The notes under the pieces: generated by a model | The model's input: only the letters and a program-made list of their open reading frames with translations | What the model was told of the DNA's origin: nothing | Database searches by the model: none | Source of the DNA: an uncultured Chlamydiae bacterium | GTDB taxonomy: Bacteria; Chlamydiota; Chlamydiia; Chlamydiales; SM23-39 | Assembly (NCBI GenBank): GCA_963828125.1 | Contig: CAWHDP010000001.1 | Coordinates: 128,001-192,000, forward strand | Direction of reading: 5' to 3' | Length of the DNA: 64,000 nt | Made by a program: the position numbers and the translations under genes | In this document: positions 20,497 through 30,108 of the stretch, piece by piece | Numbering within the stretch: position 1 is the stretch's first letter | Layout of the letters: each line of letters opens with the position of its first letter

Positions 20497-22063
20497 TTGT
20501 GCATGCCTTGTATGGCTGGATACAATAGCAAATGTTTAGAAAACAATCACCTAAATTTTTTATTCAACGAACACAGATTAGACGGTGAAAAACAGTGCCC
20601 ATGAAATCGAGGTAATCGGGGCCCCGCTTCGGGGTGATTACCTCAGTTTTATGAGCAGTTGCTGATTTTGTTGTTTATGCCTTCTGCTGCGGCGTTCGAG
20701 ATTCGATGTTTGAAATAGTTCAATAACCCCGTCTTGTATTGGTGTAATGTTTTGACCACTCGTCTTAGCGGTTTGAGCCCTGTTGCCAAAGCATCGACTC
20801 CCCATCTGACGAGAAAATGTTCCGCCTCCTCTACAGAGTCTTTCTCCCAGAAAAGTTGGAATTGCTCCTTCAGGGAATGTGCCAAAAACAAGGGTTCATT
20901 TACAGCCAATAAGGCGCCCAATCGTGTTTGGTTTTCTAGATCCAAGTTGTCATAATTCGTTAGGAATAAAAACCGACTGCCCTTCAGTACTTTTGCATCG
21001 GCCCCACTCAAGTTTTGCTGTTGATCTTTGCGCACCTCGTCCAGGGCTTTATTCAATAAAGCCGTCACATGAAAATGATCAAATACCACATCTACGTTCG
21101 GCAAAAACTCTTGTGCTGCTGGGTAGTACGATTTGCTCATGTCCATAGCGATTGCTTTTAACTTTGGTGCGTGCTTTGCCAGTTTCTTGAAAAAGGGAGC
21201 TACCGCCTCTATAGTTCTACCCTCTACAGCGTGAATAATTCTCCCCGACCGTAGATCTGTGAAAACGGTCATGTATTCATGCCCTTTCCGTATGCTGAAT
21301 TCATCGACGGTAATGTATTCCAAATCTTCTAGAGGAATTGTTTTATAGAGAGCAGTCAATTTCTCTTTGTGGATCCTCTTCACGACATTCCAGCTAATTT
21401 TTAGAAATCGAGAGACATCCAAGAGAGTGCTAAAATGCAAAAGATCCAGCACGTGTGCTATCATGGAGCGCACCATTCGGAATTTGCCTTTCATAAAAGG
21501 CAATCGAGGCCACCATTTATGGCCACATTGAGGACAGGCTACTCGATGTAGCAGCACGTTTAGAAAACAGGGCTTGCCGCCAAACGGCACCATTTTAAAC
21601 TGCCGCTTTTTTTGTCCCTTGAAGATTGTGCGCGTACAGCCACATTTGCATTGAGATGGATCGACCATTATAGCGTGGATCGTAATCGCCCCCGCTTCAA
21701 ATTTGGTAGATTGGTATTGAACTCCGCTGATTCCGTATGCATGATACAAGAGAGAAGTAGACATAGAAGAAGCCTCCCGTGAGGGTGTTTGTTCAAGCTC
21801 CTTTTATATGTCTGCTTCTTTTGTTTCTACCCGCCAGTCAAGACCTTCTAGAAATCACAACGCGCTGAATAATCAATACTTATAAAAATCTAAGGACTTA
21901 ATGCCTTTCCCCTCTACAGGTACTCATTTGTCGGATGAACCAATAATAATTTGAAAAAGCAAATTGTGGGTTAAAAAAAGTATCCTTGAGAATTCCAATA
22001 CACCCAATCGTTCAAAGCTTGTTTGGTTGTATCAACAACGTTCAAGCCTTTAAGCTGCTTTAG

Positions 22064-22600
22064 GGATTGTCTGAAGATAACTCGTACACTTTCATAGGAA
22101 ATTTTTCAAATTTCCATAGATAAAAATATATATTGATGATACTCTTCCTGTCCTCAGAGCAGGGATCGTGGTTTCCAAGAACATCATCCGAACAAAATAT
22201 CTTCGAGTCAATCACTCATTGAACGAAAAAAGCCGTCGCTTATGGTGTGCCGCTGAAGCGTTAGCGCTTGGAAAGGGCGGAGTAACATTAGTGCATGCCG
22301 CTACTAAAGTTAGTCGTTCGACAATCTATTTGGGGATCAAAGATATCCAACAAAAACGGCGTCGCAAAAAATCCAAGGGCCGTATTCGTAAAAAAGATGA
22401 TGGAGCAAAACCTATTTCGAGCAAAATGCCTGGGATATTATCGGTACTGGAAACATTGGTTGAGGCTTCTACCAAAGGAGATCCCGAGGTTTCCTTGCGG
22501 TGGACCAGTAAGAGTTTACGCAAACTATCCGCAGAGCTCAAAAATCGGGGATACGAAGTAGGTCGCTCTACCGTAGGCAATTTATTAGAAGAGGCCGGAT
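22064..22600 (+). mobile_element. ISAzo13-family left end with truncated transposase (22168..about 22600)
   Basis: LNEKSRRLWCAAEA..G.GG, TKGDPEVSLRWTSKSLRKL; cut at LLEEAG by the IS21-like end. Confidence 0.85.
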
Positions 22601-22800
22601 GGTCAAGCGACACCAGAAAGTGACCCACCGGCGACATTGAAAAGTGACCCACCCCCCTATTTGAAGTGAGAGTAAGCATGGAACCCAATAAAATCTCTGC
22701 TGTTGTAACAGGAGACAGTAAAGAGAGAATGGAACCACCTAATAGTGTAGAAAAAATTTTATATTTGTCATCAGAAAGGTGGGGTAAAAGACGGATTGTG
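22600..22800 (+). mobile_element. IS21-family left-end remnant with the start of istA
   Basis: 24-bp-period repeats GCGACA...AAAGTGACCCACC (22607, 22631); ORF start ..KILYLSSERWGKRRI. Confidence 0.7.
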
Positions 22801-23245
22801 CGGTGGCGGGGCCTGCCTGTGGGTGGAGCGAGCGTTTTTTTAACTCTGCCACTTCCTCCGTTCTTGTTTCCAGCTGCGCCTTCAGTTTAGCGATCTCGGC
22901 ATCCTTCTGATTCAGTTCATAACGCAGCGTTTTTATAGATGATTAAAATAATTTTTTTTTAACTAATCTGACCTTCCATTATTTGCTGTGTGCGAAAAAT
23001 TCATAAATTTCTATGCGCCAATCGAATAGAAAGAAAATAATTCAGTTCAGAGTAAAGGTATTTATGTTTTTTGATTAAAATTCAGCTTCAGTTTATGCTC
23101 TTATAAAGCTTAACTAAAAAATGAAGTTTTAGTGAACTCATAAAATTTAGTTTTAATGTGAAATTATTCTTGCTTGCAATTGATTTTTTTAATTTAATAA
23201 TAGCAGAGCTTGCGATATTTATCCAAAAAACACGGGATTTCTTAT

Positions 23246-24898
23246 ATGATTTTTATCGGCAAAAAACACAAATTTGGACTGTTCCAATTTCGCGATGTTG
23301 TTCTAGAAAAAAGAACAACAGTTAAGATCTGTCCAGATGTCTCGGATGTCCTTCAAAAAACTAGGGATTTCATCGATTATCTCCTAGAAAACAATATTGA
23401 AGTATATGGGATTACGACAGGTTTAGCTGATCTCAGAACCCAAAAGATCAATGCCACTGAAGCTGCCCAATTCTCCTGTAATTTGATCGAGAGCCATGAT
23501 GCAGGAATAGGTATCCCGATTCCTCAAGACATTACTCTGGGAGCAATGGTCGCCAGAGCCTCTTCCTTAGCAAAAGGTTTTTCTGGATTTCAGTTAAACA
23601 GCCTCGAAACTCTAGTGCAAATGATAAACAACAGAATTATTCCTCAAATTCCCAAAACGGGCTCTTTAGGAGCAAGCGGGGATCTTGCTTTTCTAGCCCG
23701 CATGGCAAGAGCGATGAGGGGGGATGATGTACCTGTTTGGTATAACAATAAAACGATCAGTGCTCGAAAGGCCCTGGAACTTGCCAAAATTCAACCGTTT
23801 GAACCCTTAGCCAAAGAAGGACTCGCTGTCACTAACGGGACTTCCTTTATTATTTCCATGCTAGCCACCGCCTATCTACAAGAATTAAATGAACTTGAAA
23901 ATATCCTCGCACTGCAGGGACTCTTTTTAAATGCCATCGGGTCTACTACTGCCGCATTCAATCAGAGCATACATCAGATTCGCGATCATGCAGGACAAAC
24001 GCTTATTGCTAAGATCCTAGCTAGGCATTTTGAATTTTCAATTTTTTCCGATTCTTCTAGAATACAAGATGACTATTGTATTCGCTGCATTCCCCAGATA
24101 TTCGGGCCCAAAATAGAAATTATTCTTGAACAGCATAAAAAAATCGATATCGAGCTTGATGCAGTTACTGATAACCCTCTTTTCTTTAAAGGTGACGAAA
24201 TCTCCACTGACGTTGATGCGAGTAGGATCTGGTCTGTTAATAATGAGTTTTGGACGGTTCTGTCTGGTGGAAATTTTCATGGTGAATGTTTAACGACTAT
24301 TGCAGACACGATGTGTGCATCCAATGTAAAAATCGCTTACACCCTTGAAAGACAAATAGCGTATATGCTCAACCCCAATCGAAATAGGAACCAACTTCCT
24401 ATTCATCTCATTACGGATACTTCCTGTTTGGGGCTTCTATCTGGATACATGATTACTCAATACACAGCCAATGCTCTTGTGCAGAGAATCGCGCAGCTTG
24501 GAACGCCGACCTCAATTTTTAATATTACAAGCGGGAATGAAACGGAGGATATCGTTAGCTATGGCTCTACAGCAGCAGAAAGACTTCTGGAACAATTGCA
24601 ATACCTTCGAGAGTTGAATGCTATCTACCTGACTGTAGCCACCCAGGCATATGCTATAACTCGAGCGGCACACATATCTGCAGGAAAAGCCGTATCTCAT
24701 AAATTATTAGCTGAGCAAATATTTAAAAAAATTCAGGACGTTACTGAAGAAGAATATCCGACTTCCAAAGAAGAAAATTTCGACAGACGTTACAGCCAAG
24801 CATTTAAAGTTCTTGACTCAGGTGTTTTGAGATTGATTATGGGAAATCCTCTTTATGCTAAAATCCGGAGCGAGGAAGGCTCTTTCTCTCCAAAATAG
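23246..24898 (+). CDS. hutH: MIO-dependent aromatic amino acid ammonia-lyase, closest to histidine ammonia-lyase but divergent
   Basis: GSLGASGDLA (MIO), VYGITTG, NLIESH (HAL-type SH), KEGLAVTNGT, DYCIRCIPQ, GGNFHG, EDIVS. Confidence 0.8.
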   Translation: MIFIGKKHKFGLFQFRDVVLEKRTTVKICPDVSDVLQKTRDFIDYLLENNIEVYGITTGLADLRTQKINATEAAQFSCNLIESHDAGIGIPIPQDITLGAMVARASSLAKGFSGFQLNSLETLVQMINNRIIPQIPKTGSLGASGDLAFLARMARAMRGDDVPVWYNNKTISARKALELAKIQPFEPLAKEGLAVTNGTSFIISMLATAYLQELNELENILALQGLFLNAIGSTTAAFNQSIHQIRDHAGQTLIAKILARHFEFSIFSDSSRIQDDYCIRCIPQIFGPKIEIILEQHKKIDIELDAVTDNPLFFKGDEISTDVDASRIWSVNNEFWTVLSGGNFHGECLTTIADTMCASNVKIAYTLERQIAYMLNPNRNRNQLPIHLITDTSCLGLLSGYMITQYTANALVQRIAQLGTPTSIFNITSGNETEDIVSYGSTAAERLLEQLQYLRELNAIYLTVATQAYAITRAAHISAGKAVSHKLLAEQIFKKIQDVTEEEYPTSKEENFDRRYSQAFKVLDSGVLRLIMGNPLYAKIRSEEGSFSPK

Positions 24899-24907
24899 GT
24901 CCACAGC

Positions 24908-26176
24908 CTATTCTTCGGTCGTTATGTGTCTATGATTTTGAATCATTAGATAGGATCCGAGTGATATAAAGGAGCAAATCAACAAGATCCAAAAATATGA
25001 CGTTTGGCTTTCGGTAACATGCAGCAAATAAAGAGCAGTCGCGGGAGTCAATCCTTCAAGGCTATCAGCAATGTTAAATGTCAGACCTATGCCGCTAAAG
25101 CGCAGTGGCGTTGGAAATAAATCAGTTAATATGAATGGTAAAATCGCATAAAGACAAGAAAACGAGATCGCAAGAAATACGCAAATTGCCAATGAAATTA
25201 CATAGTCCAGTCTGAAGAAATGAAGAGAAATCATCAATACAATGATCAATGAAGTGCAATTAATTAGGATTTTTTTATAATCATATTTGTCAGCAAGTTT
25301 CCCAAAAAATGGGAGTGGGATGGTTATTAAGACAAGGACGATAATTAGAATCACTAAATTCATTGAATAACTTGTCCCCAGTAAGTTCCCGAGATAGATG
25401 GGGAAAAAATAGGCGAGCGCACCAAAAGAAACGCTTGGGATAGCGGAATAACATATTCCTTTTACAATTTTCCATTTGTATGTCAAAAGCACATTAGATA
25501 TAGGAGAATTAACAATTTTATGTGTTTTTTCCAAATGCGCCCAGACTGGCGTTTCTTTCAGCGTATGCCGCAAATAAAATCCATAAAATCCGATGAGGGA
25601 TCCGAGGAGAAATGATAGTCTCCAACCCCACGTAAACAGATCCTCTGCGGAAAAGAATTTTTCAAAAACCAAGCATTCCACCATGGCAAGCATAATCCCC
25701 ATCTGATTCCCCATAAAACCCCAGCTTGTCAGATATTTTCTATTAGACGCATGTGCACTTTCATAGAGATAGCAAAATGATCCTGGCAGTTCTCCACCAG
25801 CCGGAAAAGACTGTAGAAGCCGATTAATACAGAGCAAAATCGGTGCAAATATTCCAACAGATGAATAGCTTGGCAAAAAACCTATCAACATTGTAGGAAT
25901 GGTCATAGTAAGAATAGACCATATAAGAGCTTTTCTCCTTCCAATCTTATCTCCTAAACGCCCAAAAAAAATCCCGCCCAATGGGCGTATCAAATATCCA
26001 AGGCCAAGAAAAAGGAAGACATTCAGCAGATTTGTTGCTGGAGAATCGTTATCAAAAAATATTTTTGAAATTGTGGGAGCCCAGTAAGCATATAGGGAAA
26101 GTTCATACCACTCCAAAGTGGTTCCTATATTCACGGCAAAAAGTATGGATTTTTGGTGCCGTTTTGAGTAACTCAA
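24908..26176 (-). CDS. MFS transporter, MHS (ProP-like) family
   Basis: GTTLEWYE, RPLGGIFFGRLGDKIGRR, RLLQSFPAGGE, WGWRLSFLLG. Confidence 0.92.
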   Translation of the reverse strand: MSYSKRHQKSILFAVNIGTTLEWYELSLYAYWAPTISKIFFDNDSPATNLLNVFLFLGLGYLIRPLGGIFFGRLGDKIGRRKALIWSILTMTIPTMLIGFLPSYSSVGIFAPILLCINRLLQSFPAGGELPGSFCYLYESAHASNRKYLTSWGFMGNQMGIMLAMVECLVFEKFFSAEDLFTWGWRLSFLLGSLIGFYGFYLRHTLKETPVWAHLEKTHKIVNSPISNVLLTYKWKIVKGICYSAIPSVSFGALAYFFPIYLGNLLGTSYSMNLVILIIVLVLITIPLPFFGKLADKYDYKKILINCTSLIIVLMISLHFFRLDYVISLAICVFLAISFSCLYAILPFILTDLFPTPLRFSGIGLTFNIADSLEGLTPATALYLLHVTESQTSYFWILLICSFISLGSYLMIQNHRHITTEE

Positions 26177-26202
26177 TGCATGCTTCCCATTTTTAAAGCC
26201 AT

Positions 26203-26436
26203 CTATTCCTTGATTTCTGTTTTTTTATTTAACAGCCAAAAACATAAAAAGAAAAAAAATATTGAAAAATAACTAAGAGGCGGGACTTTATCGCTATATC
26301 GAGGGATTCTAATCAAAAACGGAATCAAGAAAAAAACGATAGAAGCGATAGATGACAATATGGCTAGGGGCCAAAACAACTTATTATTCAGAATGATCAG
26401 CTGCCATAGATGTTGATTTCTTCTTTTTTTTACCAC
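26203..26436 (-). CDS. Small two-TM membrane protein
   Basis: GTG start after GGAGG; two hydrophobic segments. Confidence 0.5.
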   Translation of the reverse strand: MVKKRRNQHLWQLIILNNKLFWPLAILSSIASIVFFLIPFLIRIPRYSDKVPPLSYFSIFFFFLCFWLLNKKTEIKE

Positions 26437-26549
26437 GAAGGTGCCTCCAAATTGGATAGAGACTAGACCTTTTTTTGTATATCTTAGGGATTTTCTAGTC
26501 CAGGTAATTCTGTGAAGGCTGTGAGATATCTAGACTTGGTGAGTGAATA

Positions 26550-27395
26550 TTATTGGGCAGTAGCTTTAGAAGCTACGATGACTAATTCGTCCATACGATA
26601 ATGAACCGTTCCATTCGGGCTACAAGGAGTGATTGCTACATAAGCTTCAACTACGTCGTGGACATACTCCTTTCTTTGATCTTCTGCAATAGTCCCGAAA
26701 GGGATCCAGCCCATTAAAGAATTTGCAAAAATTTCTTTGTTAACATAATCTAAAGAGGCATCTATTAGTTGTAAATTTTCTGGAATCAACATTGAAGTTT
26801 CAATTAAGCTCGCCCATTCGGCAAAAGTATAAAATGAAAAAACACTCTTTGTATTCCCAAAGTAGGAACGCCAACGCTCTCTTTTTGCAACCTCATCGAT
26901 AATCTGATGGAGTGGGTGTCTGACTTGAATGGGGGCAACCAAGATCAAAACTTGTCCCCCTGGTAGGAGGGCCTTATAGATTTGCTCGAGAGCGATATTA
27001 ATTTCAGCAACCCAATGTAAGCTATTAAAGGCCATAATACGATCAAACTGGTTTTCAAAGGGGAGGTATGCGGCATCGCCGTGAATAAAAGATAAATTTG
27101 GCATTAGGTTAGCTTGAGCTGCTTCAAGCATAGAAGGGGAAGGATCTAACCCCAGAACCTTGCCATACGGAACACGGCTGGCTAAATATTTAGTAAACCG
27201 CCCATCCCCGCAGCCAATGTCTAGTACTTTTGCATTTATAGGGATTTGAGTGAAACTCGAAGCAACAGAGGCTACCTGAAATTGCCATTCAGAATTATTG
27301 GTGTAATAGTTTCCGTTCCAACAGGAACTGGCAACATACTTTCCTGCGGATAATAAATCAGGCATCTTTCTCTTCATATAACCATTTATATCCAA
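26550..27395 (-). CDS. Class I SAM-dependent methyltransferase (trans-aconitate methyltransferase-like); start uncertain
   Basis: VLDIGCGDG, VLGLDPSPSML, FDRIMAFNSLHWV, LLPGG. Confidence 0.9.
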   Translation of the reverse strand: MDINGYMKRKMPDLLSAGKYVASSCWNGNYYTNNSEWQFQVASVASSFTQIPINAKVLDIGCGDGRFTKYLASRVPYGKVLGLDPSPSMLEAAQANLMPNLSFIHGDAAYLPFENQFDRIMAFNSLHWVAEINIALEQIYKALLPGGQVLILVAPIQVRHPLHQIIDEVAKRERWRSYFGNTKSVFSFYTFAEWASLIETSMLIPENLQLIDASLDYVNKEIFANSLMGWIPFGTIAEDQRKEYVHDVVEAYVAITPCSPNGTVHYRMDELVIVASKATAQ

Positions 27396-27561
27396 TAAAT
27401 TGTGCCTTATTTTAAACTATCTTCATTTTTATATCAAGCTGTATAAATTTTTTTTATTGAATTGGATGAAAGGCTTGCTGGGCTTCTGCCTTCGGCGATT
27501 CGATACCGTCAGTGACCTCTAAGAACCCTCTGCAGAGAAGAATGGCGCAATAGCTAGAGCG

Positions 27562-27589
27562 AATTTACACAAAATTATGGACTTGACTC
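27562..27589 (+). mobile_element. Probable IS256-family terminal repeat remnant
   Basis: AATTTACACAAAATTATGGACTTGACTC resembles IS256-type ends; no transposase adjacent. Confidence 0.45.
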
Positions 27590-27591
27590 GG

Positions 27592-28503
27592 CTAATTTTG
27601 AGATTGCGGTACGTAGCTTTCTTGAGCAATCACATGCTCTATCAGCAGAGACTGGTCGTCATTATCTATCCTGCAAGCTTGCCGCGCAGCATTGTATGTG
27701 GCTTCTTTATACCCCTTATGATTAGTGGTTAACGCAATAATTTCTTGTCTGCGTGGATTGTATGATAGTATCTTTTCAAGAGCGGTTTTTTCTATGCTAA
27801 ACGCTTTGCGAAGAGATATAGCTTGATGTGCAGATATCCTTGAGATGATTTGGCCTTCAAAAAAATATATTTCTGGATGTAAATTCCCCCTATATATTCG
27901 TGGAGTTTTTAAAATTTTCTCCCAAATGCAATCTTCTAATATCCAATTGGAATCAATAACCAGTTTTGAAACGATGGGAATCGTTTTATATTCTGTAATT
28001 ATGCTTTTATATTTTGCGAAAATATTAGCTAGACCTTTCACTTTTTCTGCGTCAATTTTTACATCGTTAGGCACCATTTTGCCCAGCCTGTCTCTTCCCC
28101 ATCGATTGTGCAGGGCCATGGCTAAATAATAACGAAAGGAACAGTCTTGGAAATTATATGTGTGCGGAAAAAGGGTCTGGATCTCCTGCGCCATCTGCGT
28201 TTTGAAATTGTCTAAAAGTCGTTCCGCGGCTCCTTCAACGTTATTTTTCGCTAATAATCGTAAGCCCTCAACGTCGGATGGATGATTTGCGCTGATGTAT
28301 TGATTCAGCGTTCCTAAAGCATCCAATTTTTCGACATGTCTGATGGACCAATAAATCATTCCAATAACCCCTACCAGAACAAAGGACAGCATCACGCTAA
28401 GCGCTTTCGTCCAAAGGGACACACTGAGTTGTTCGACCTTGTTGATCAGTTCATGAGTGCGGGAAATGTTATAATTCTGATTCAATATCGGGTTAATTGC
28501 CAT
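27592..28503 (-). CDS. Hypothetical protein with one N-proximal hydrophobic segment; possible secreted effector
   Basis: 303-aa ORF, polar N-terminus, hydrophobic stretch at about aa 27-53. Confidence 0.6.
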   Translation of the reverse strand: MAINPILNQNYNISRTHELINKVEQLSVSLWTKALSVMLSFVLVGVIGMIYWSIRHVEKLDALGTLNQYISANHPSDVEGLRLLAKNNVEGAAERLLDNFKTQMAQEIQTLFPHTYNFQDCSFRYYLAMALHNRWGRDRLGKMVPNDVKIDAEKVKGLANIFAKYKSIITEYKTIPIVSKLVIDSNWILEDCIWEKILKTPRIYRGNLHPEIYFFEGQIISRISAHQAISLRKAFSIEKTALEKILSYNPRRQEIIALTTNHKGYKEATYNAARQACRIDNDDQSLLIEHVIAQESYVPQSQN

Positions 28504-28605
28504 GATATAGTGTTTATTTTACTATACTGATTGTTAAAAAGCTATTGTAAAATAATTTATTTGTATCGATGAATATAGAGATAGAAGGAGTTGTAGCTAT
28601 ACTGA

Positions 28606-29595
28606 TTAACTGAACCCTTTTTCAATCTTCCAACATCTGTGAATTTTGGGATCGAGAAAGTCGATCGGCAGCGTCTTTTTTGATATCTCGACGCAAGATG
28701 GAAAGAGGCGGTCGTTGAAGAGAAATTTGCGGGAATTTGTGCTGAAAAAAAGGATCCCTTTGGGGTTGAGGAGGGTCATCGCTTTCGAAAGAAGGTCGGG
28801 ATAATCGATTTGGATGTCGAACATCTGATCCATTTTTTTCGAACGGGAAATCGTCGGCGGGTCGATTACGATCACGTCGTATTTTTCTCCCTCTTCATCG
28901 AGAAATTTGAGGCAGTCGGCCCGGATGATCGGATGATTTTTGAGAGAAAGCGCATTGATCAGGAAATTTTCCCGCCCCCAATCGGTATAGGTGTTCGACA
29001 TGTCAACGCTTTTCGTGTAGAGCGCGCCTTGAAGCGCCGCATGCACGCTGAAAGAACATGTATAGGCAAACAAATTTAAGACCTTTTTCCCTTTCGCATG
29101 CGACGCGACGAGCTGCCGTGTCTCTCTATGGTCGAGAAAAAGTCCCGTATCTAAATAATCGGTCAGATTGATGAGAAATTGGACTCCATATTCCAAAACA
29201 GGGAAAAATTCTTTCGATTCTCCTGCTTTCTCATATTGCTGATCTTTCCTTCTCTTCACCCGGCTGCGCCAATAAATGTCCTCTTCGCGCGCGTCAAAGA
29301 GCTTGCTCAGCGCCTCGCCCGTCTCGTTCACTAGCGCTTCAGGAGGCTCAGGATCTTCCCGATTGGGTGAAAAATATTGCAGACAGTACCTGCCTGCGTA
29401 AAAATCGATCGCAAGCGGATAGTGGTGGATCGCCCGATCGTAAATCCGAAAGCAGTTTGTTCGTGTCCTCTTAGCCCACTTGCGCACATGGCGGTAGGTC
29501 TTCCGGATGCAGTTGACAAATGGCGATCTCTTGTCTTCGCCGTCTCCGATTGAAGGGAGAATGATCTCCTCTAATGCTGCCAAGAACCTTCCCAT
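28606..29595 (-). CDS. RlmK/RlmI-like rRNA methyltransferase
   Basis: FRIYDR, DYLDTGLFLDHR, VLNLFAYTCSFS, IDPPT, FSTNSRKF. Confidence 0.88.
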   Translation of the reverse strand: MGRFLAALEEIILPSIGDGEDKRSPFVNCIRKTYRHVRKWAKRTRTNCFRIYDRAIHHYPLAIDFYAGRYCLQYFSPNREDPEPPEALVNETGEALSKLFDAREEDIYWRSRVKRRKDQQYEKAGESKEFFPVLEYGVQFLINLTDYLDTGLFLDHRETRQLVASHAKGKKVLNLFAYTCSFSVHAALQGALYTKSVDMSNTYTDWGRENFLINALSLKNHPIIRADCLKFLDEEGEKYDVIVIDPPTISRSKKMDQMFDIQIDYPDLLSKAMTLLNPKGILFFSTNSRKFLFNDRLFPSCVEISKKTLPIDFLDPKIHRCWKIEKGFS

Positions 29596-29634
29596 CGCTT
29601 CATACAGGGTTGAGCCGCCAGATTCATCAAATCC

Positions 29635-30105
29635 TTACGGCTCCTCGCTGCGGGAATAAATCTCGCCGGACTCGAAAAAAAAAGCAATTTCTTTCCGCGC
29701 ATTCTCTAAAGAGTCGGATCCGTGTACCGCATTGCGCTGCACGTCGGTCCCAAAGTCGGCCCGGATGGTTCCAGGCTCGGCTTTAGCAGGATCGGTAGCT
29801 CCCATGACTCTCCGATTGCGGGCCACCGCATCGTCCCCCTCTAGCACCTGTACGAGAATCGGTCCTGATGTCATAAACTGAACTAAATCATTGTAAAACG
29901 GGCGATCCTTGTGGACGGCGTAAAACTCTCGAGCCTCCTCAGGGGTGAGCTGAACCATTTTGGCCGCCACAACATGCAGTTCAGAGGATTCAAGATAGGC
30001 GTCGATCTCCCCTAGCTGATCTTTCTCGACTGCATCGGGCTTGATGATCGAGAGCGTCTGCTCAGCAAAGAGCGACGCTGCCGCAAAACAGAGGAGCTTA
30101 AACAT
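29635..30105 (-). CDS. ndk: Nucleoside diphosphate kinase paralog with signal peptide
   Basis: [14 protein letters not shown] + [12 protein letters not shown]...RNAVHGSDS. Confidence 0.9.
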   Translation of the reverse strand: MFKLLCFAAASLFAEQTLSIIKPDAVEKDQLGEIDAYLESSELHVVAAKMVQLTPEEAREFYAVHKDRPFYNDLVQFMTSGPILVQVLEGDDAVARNRRVMGATDPAKAEPGTIRADFGTDVQRNAVHGSDSLENARKEIAFFFESGEIYSRSEEP

Positions 30106-30108
30106 GTC

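Larger units (their letters stand above)
18048..20662 (-). mobile_element. Complete IS66-like element (single transposase plus passenger gene), 2615 bp
   Basis: IRs GCAA[G/C]TGCTCATAAAA[T/C]TGAGGTAATCAC; 8-bp TSD TGATTTTG at 18040 and 20663. Confidence 0.92.
17942..21764 (-). pseudogene. ISL3 transposase split into 20663..21764 and 17942..18039
   Basis: TVDEFSIRKGH, AMDMS, FDHFHV, SNAAAEGINNKI | KTMKRQAYGFRDIEYFKLRL...AFVG*. Confidence 0.92.
17939..21941 (-). mobile_element. ISL3-family element (1380 bp net), interrupted by a nested IS66-like element
   Basis: 25-bp IRs GGTTCATCCGACAAATG[C/A]GTACCTG; 8-bp TSD AATAATAA at 17931 and 21942. Confidence 0.95.

Noticed and set aside
22601..22653. 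CRISPR-like or iteron repeat
   Set aside because: Only two 24-bp-period units with no spacers; better explained as IS21-type terminal repeats. No CRISPR array was seen in the window.
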